A DNA stretch of 64,000 nt from positions 237 through 64,236 of IMG/VR virus record IMGVR_UViG_3300005336_000003; one strand, given 5' to 3'. A program made the translations under genes and the position numbers. Source of the stretch: a virus. Lineage: Duplodnaviria; Caudoviricetes. Positions 60,570-64,000 of this stretch are shown here, one piece after another (position 1 is the first letter of the stretch; every line of letters begins with the position of its first letter). The notes below the pieces were generated by a model that was not told where the DNA came from, made no database searches, and saw only the letters and a program-made list of their open reading frames with translations.

Positions 60570-61193
60570 ATGACCGACCAGCCCTTCTCGATTGATATCC
60601 CCGCCATACCCGAAAAGTGGCAGCGGATCCTCTCTGAGGTGAGAATAGTGTTTCCTGAGGCCGTCATAGGGGGAGGCTGTCTACGAGACCTCATCCTGGA
60701 GAAGGAGCACAAGGACATTGACGTGTTCGTACCTTGGAGGACCTCTGAGGACCTGTCTCAGACCGCGGCCCTACTCTACTCCAGGATGGGCGATCTGCCC
60801 TACGACAGTCGGGCCCTCTCCGAGCTGAAGGTCTACGCGATGAACTTCAGTGATGTGGTGCAGGTCTTCGGGCTGAGGATAGAACGCGAGGACGTCCAGA
60901 TCATTGCTCTTGACGCTCCCGTGAGCTCAGAGTACATTGCCTCCAGATGCGACTTCGGCATCTGCCGGCTTGCTTGGGATGGGGAGTGCTTGAACATCCG
61001 GGAGGACTTCCTGACGGACGTCAAGAACAAGACATTCACCCTCCTACGGTGCTCTGACGTGGAGAGCCACTGGCGTCGATGGCTACGTCTGAAGGAAAGA
61101 TTCCCCGGCTGGACCCTGGTTGCTCCTGAGATTAGGGAGTGGCTAGAGGCTTCAGGTATGGATCCCAACGAGGCTGACTTCGACTTTACCTGA
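60570..61193 (+). CDS. Nucleotidyltransferase (CCA/poly(A) polymerase head-like)
   Basis: GGGCLRD......KDIDVF, VQII, DFGIC and R..RL.ERFP motifs. Confidence 0.8.
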   Translation: MTDQPFSIDIPAIPEKWQRILSEVRIVFPEAVIGGGCLRDLILEKEHKDIDVFVPWRTSEDLSQTAALLYSRMGDLPYDSRALSELKVYAMNFSDVVQVFGLRIEREDVQIIALDAPVSSEYIASRCDFGICRLAWDGECLNIREDFLTDVKNKTFTLLRCSDVESHWRRWLRLKERFPGWTLVAPEIREWLEASGMDPNEADFDFT

Positions 61194-61211
61194 CAATACG
61201 GAACCAGTCAC

Positions 61212-62615
61212 ATGCAAGAGCTACCCCTGACAAAGACGCCTCGTCCCTATCAGCAGGAGTTTGTAGACTGGTTCATCAAGGAAGCCCAGAGCAGGGCAAT
61301 CAATGCAGATGAGATGGGTCTGGGTAAGACGTGCGAGGCTTACCTAGCCTGGAGGGCTCTAGGCTACCCGATGCCTTGCCTGATCCTAGCAGGCGTCAAT
61401 GCCCAGGTGACTTGGGCAGCCCAGGCTAAGGACTGGGGATGCCCTGCCCCTAATCGTATCAGAGGTACCCCTGCTGAGAGAGCTCACCAGTGGAGTAAGT
61501 ACGGTAAAGGGCTCACTACTACAACCCGAGAGGCCCTGAAGCGGGACATCAAGAGCGGAGTAGTTAAGCCTGAACAATTCAAGTTTGTCATAGTCGACGA
61601 GGCTCACAAGGACTCGAACCGTAAGGTCGGCAACTGGAGGCTGATCAAGAGCCTCTTCGGTAACAGTACTAAGGGCATGCTATTATCGGGCAGTGCCTCA
61701 CGCAGAGGTAACCAGAATCTGTGGGGCCTCCTGCACGTAGTGCGGCCTTGGCAGTATAAGTCCTTCTACCAGTTCATTGATAAGTACTGCGAGATTGACA
61801 AGGAAGGCCCGTTTGGGTGGGAGATCTTAGGACCGAAGAATGAGGAAGGCCTACAGCGAGAGCTGGCTAAGATTATGATCCGCAGAACCAAGAAGCTGGT
61901 TAGGCCCGACATGCCTCCTAAGACTCGGGATCTGGACTCTAACGTGCTCGTCATGACTCCCGGACAGCAGGAGCTCTACCGGAATATATCTGAAGATGCC
62001 GTAGCAGAACTGGCTGCCGGTGGATACATTACAGCACCCAATCTCCTGGCTAAGATCCTACGTCTACGCCAGGTTCTCGTCACCCCCAAGCTGCTTGATC
62101 CCAATGCGGAGGATGGCGCAGGAATAGACCGAGTAGTGGAGATGCTTGATGAGGCGGACGATAAGCACATGTGTATTTTCAGCCCCTTCGCTGCCGCCCT
62201 GCCTCACGTACAGAAGCGCCTTGTTGCTGAAGGGCATGATCCAGGAAGTATCATTCAGCTCTCTGGCGGACTGTCCGTCGAGGAACTTGTGCGACGTATT
62301 GATGTCTTCAGAGCGCGCCGAGGGATATGCATATGTAGTATCCGTTACGCTGAGTCATTTGATCTCATCCCAGCCACCTGGGGAGTATTCCTTGGTTATG
62401 AATGGGACGCCTGGGACAACTTGCAGGCTGAGGATCGACTTCACCGTGGCGAGATAGTTGATCCTGTCACGCTGTACTACATCTCCCACTCCGGAGGAAT
62501 CGATAGGGAGCTAATGCTGGGGGCTTTGGATACCAAGGTCAACAACGTTATGCAGGTGCTCGGGAACATGGAAAGGGTACGTCAAATGCTCAAGGCCAAC
62601 ATAGGCAGACCGTGA
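61212..62615 (+). CDS. SNF2-family (SF2) helicase
   Basis: RPYQ, ADEMGLGKT, VDEAH, LSGS, IRRTK and QAEDRLHR motifs. Confidence 0.92.
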   Translation: MQELPLTKTPRPYQQEFVDWFIKEAQSRAINADEMGLGKTCEAYLAWRALGYPMPCLILAGVNAQVTWAAQAKDWGCPAPNRIRGTPAERAHQWSKYGKGLTTTTREALKRDIKSGVVKPEQFKFVIVDEAHKDSNRKVGNWRLIKSLFGNSTKGMLLSGSASRRGNQNLWGLLHVVRPWQYKSFYQFIDKYCEIDKEGPFGWEILGPKNEEGLQRELAKIMIRRTKKLVRPDMPPKTRDLDSNVLVMTPGQQELYRNISEDAVAELAAGGYITAPNLLAKILRLRQVLVTPKLLDPNAEDGAGIDRVVEMLDEADDKHMCIFSPFAAALPHVQKRLVAEGHDPGSIIQLSGGLSVEELVRRIDVFRARRGICICSIRYAESFDLIPATWGVFLGYEWDAWDNLQAEDRLHRGEIVDPVTLYYISHSGGIDRELMLGALDTKVNNVMQVLGNMERVRQMLKANIGRP

Positions 62616-62815
62616 TGGGCTACGTTATAACAGTGCTAATAATAATCCTGACAGTCATGCTGGGCATTGAGCTTTTTGCCGAGTCAGGGGATTTCAAGTG
62701 CACAAAGGGGCACAATGAGACCATGTTGATGCCGATAGTCATCAACAACATTACCATCTACATGCCTGCCGACAACTTCGTATGCGACCAGTGGACAAGG
62801 AAGAGCAGCCAGTGA
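62612..62815 (+). CDS. Small membrane-anchored Cys-pair protein
   Basis: N-terminal TM helix; C..GH...CD.W. Confidence 0.55.
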   Translation: MMGYVITVLIIILTVMLGIELFAESGDFKCTKGHNETMLMPIVINNITIYMPADNFVCDQWTRKSSQ

Positions 62816-63258
62816 AGTTCGCCGAACTAGCTACTGTTAGTCACAACATCCAGGAGCGTACAGGTGAGTACCCCGAGAACATGTACATCACCGAGGAGTC
62901 TGCCGCTGAGCTGATCGGGGATCTCACCACCTCGGGACTATGGTCAGTACCTGCTGGAGAGCTGATGCAGGCAATTAGGGACCGGAAGTTCAAGCTGAGC
63001 GGTATCCGAATCCTCCTGCTTCTTCCCTGGCCAAGAGAGACCCTCCATACAAAGCCGGGCCCAAAGCCAAAGACAAAGGCAAAGGCAAAAGCTCAGACAG
63101 AAACACCGGCTGGGGACTCGGAGCAGGCTCGGGCTGCCATGGATGCTGCTAGAGAATTCCGACATAAGATTATGGGCGGCAATGCAGGACGTCTGAGCCC
63201 AGAAGATCTAGAACGTGTTATGTTTGGCCTTTGGGATCTGCCTCCTCGAAGGGGTTGA
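62812..63258 (+). CDS. Hypothetical protein
   Basis: GTGA overlap; Lys/Ala linker. Confidence 0.5.
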   Translation: MKFAELATVSHNIQERTGEYPENMYITEESAAELIGDLTTSGLWSVPAGELMQAIRDRKFKLSGIRILLLLPWPRETLHTKPGPKPKTKAKAKAQTETPAGDSEQARAAMDAAREFRHKIMGGNAGRLSPEDLERVMFGLWDLPPRRG

Positions 63259-63297
63259 GCTCACGCAGATTTTATCTGGACCCTGCATAAATTTTTC

Positions 63298-63351
63298 TTG
63301 CGGGCGACCATCAGATTCCTCTTGATTAGCCTCCTTAAAATGTTGTATAAT
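63298..63351 (+). promoter_or_regulatory. Boxed promoter 8 (would drive the exonuclease-Sak4-que-polymerase operon across the junction)
   Basis: TTGCGGGCGACCATCA, 8 nt, TTGATT, 18 nt, TATAAT. Confidence 0.85.
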
Positions 63352-63427
63352 AGCGGTATAGAAACAAGATGGTCCCCGCATACCGCTTAAAGTGACCTAA
63401 TTCCAGTTTGGTGAGGAGGAGTCCCCG

Positions 63428-64000
63428 TTGGACATCGACGAAGTATTTCCCGTGCAAAGAGTGGCCCGGGTCGCGTTCATCAGAACGTCCGACCGGATCA
63501 CCTTCAGGAGATGCCGACGCAAGTTCAACTGGTCCTACATTCACCGAGAGAATCTGACAGGCCGTAAGGCTAAGGCTCCTCTGTGGTTTGGAACAGGCTT
63601 CCACTTTGCAATGGAGGACTACCATGGTCTTCGGATGTTCGAAACTCCTACCGATGCCTTCAGGGCATACGTTAGCGCATGTCGTCGAACGCCAGGATTC
63701 GAAATGCCCTCTGACTGGGAGGAGCATCTCGAGCTTGGAATTGGAATGTTCGACTATTATGCCGAGTGGCTCGGATACCGAGATCCACTTGTCACTCTGG
63801 AAGTTGGCGGGGTTCCGCAGGTTGAGGTCAATTTTCAGGTCCCTATCAATCTGGACCCTCAGTTCCTTAATAGCCTGGGTTATGACCGAGCTGTATACAC
63901 AGGGACAATCGATCGGGTTGTTCTAGACGACGAGGGGAGAATCTGGCTGGTAGATTACAAGACAGCCAAGGCCATCCAGACTTCCCACCTTGAAACCGAT
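63428..64000 (+). CDS. N-terminal part of Cas4/RecB-like PD-(D/E)XK exonuclease (3' truncated; not in ORF track)
   Basis: GAGGAGG RBS with TTG start; MDIDEV...RTSDRITFRRCRRKFNW..LWFGTGFHFAME...YTGTIDRVV...WLVDYKT; open to the window end. Confidence 0.88.
   Translation, partial: MDIDEVFPVQRVARVAFIRTSDRITFRRCRRKFNWSYIHRENLTGRKAKAPLWFGTGFHFAMEDYHGLRMFETPTDAFRAYVSACRRTPGFEMPSDWEEHLELGIGMFDYYAEWLGYRDPLVTLEVGGVPQVEVNFQVPINLDPQFLNSLGYDRAVYTGTIDRVVLDDEGRIWLVDYKTAKAIQTSHLETD

Larger units (their letters stand above)
1..64000. mobile_element. Near-complete tailed phage genome (siphovirus-like, probable alphaproteobacterial host)
   Basis: Terminase, portal, protease, capsid, tail, tape measure, lysis and replication genes are all present. 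No host genes or integrase seen. Both ends lie in one exonuclease gene. Confidence 0.95.

Noticed and set aside
1-64000. CRISPR array or cas locus suggested by the Cas4-like nuclease
   Set aside because: No repeat-spacer array or other cas genes; the exonuclease-Sak4-SSB context is an ordinary phage recombination module.
1-64000. Apparent abundance of CTAG and GGATCC as a sign of restriction immunity
   Set aside because: A rough by-eye count did not exceed composition-based expectation; a proper k-mer calculation is needed.
1-64000. tRNA or rRNA genes
   Set aside because: No cloverleaf with T-loop/CCA signature was seen in the intergenic gaps; tRNAscan was not run.

Overview
The window is essentially one complete (~64 kb, circularly permuted) tailed dsDNA phage genome with siphovirus morphology. 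The GTA-like tail-tip module points to an alphaproteobacterial host, and no integrase is visible. Both ends fall inside the same Cas4/RecB-like exonuclease gene. Layout: (i) 1-11.2 kb (+) holds replication/recombination genes (Sak4-like ATPase, SSB, UDG-fused family A polymerase, MazG-like protein) with an embedded 7-deazaguanine cassette (queC, queD, queE, folE and a divergent TGT/DpdA-like TIM barrel). (ii) 11.3-39.3 kb (-) holds terminase, portal, head, tail and lysis genes. (iii) 39.3-42.4 kb is a divergent control region with small HTH paralogs, a hairpin array and an AT-rich nested inverted-repeat (ori-like) region. (iv) 42.5-64 kb (+) holds early/middle genes: many small hypotheticals, primase-helicase, RuvC-like resolvase, kinase, PRTase, HNH, ligase, nucleotidyltransferase and SNF2 helicase. 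The strongest signals are a possibly non-canonical preQ0 DNA-modification system, eight promoters sharing a 16-bp quasi-palindrome at a fixed distance from TATAAT, a HiPIP-like Fe-S domain fused to the portal, two paralogous virion-protein + R-x-x-Q-x-x-x-E repeat cassettes, signal-peptide-bearing head genes, and an unlisted CTG-start zinc-finger gene. All family calls come from motif recognition by eye; no database search was run.
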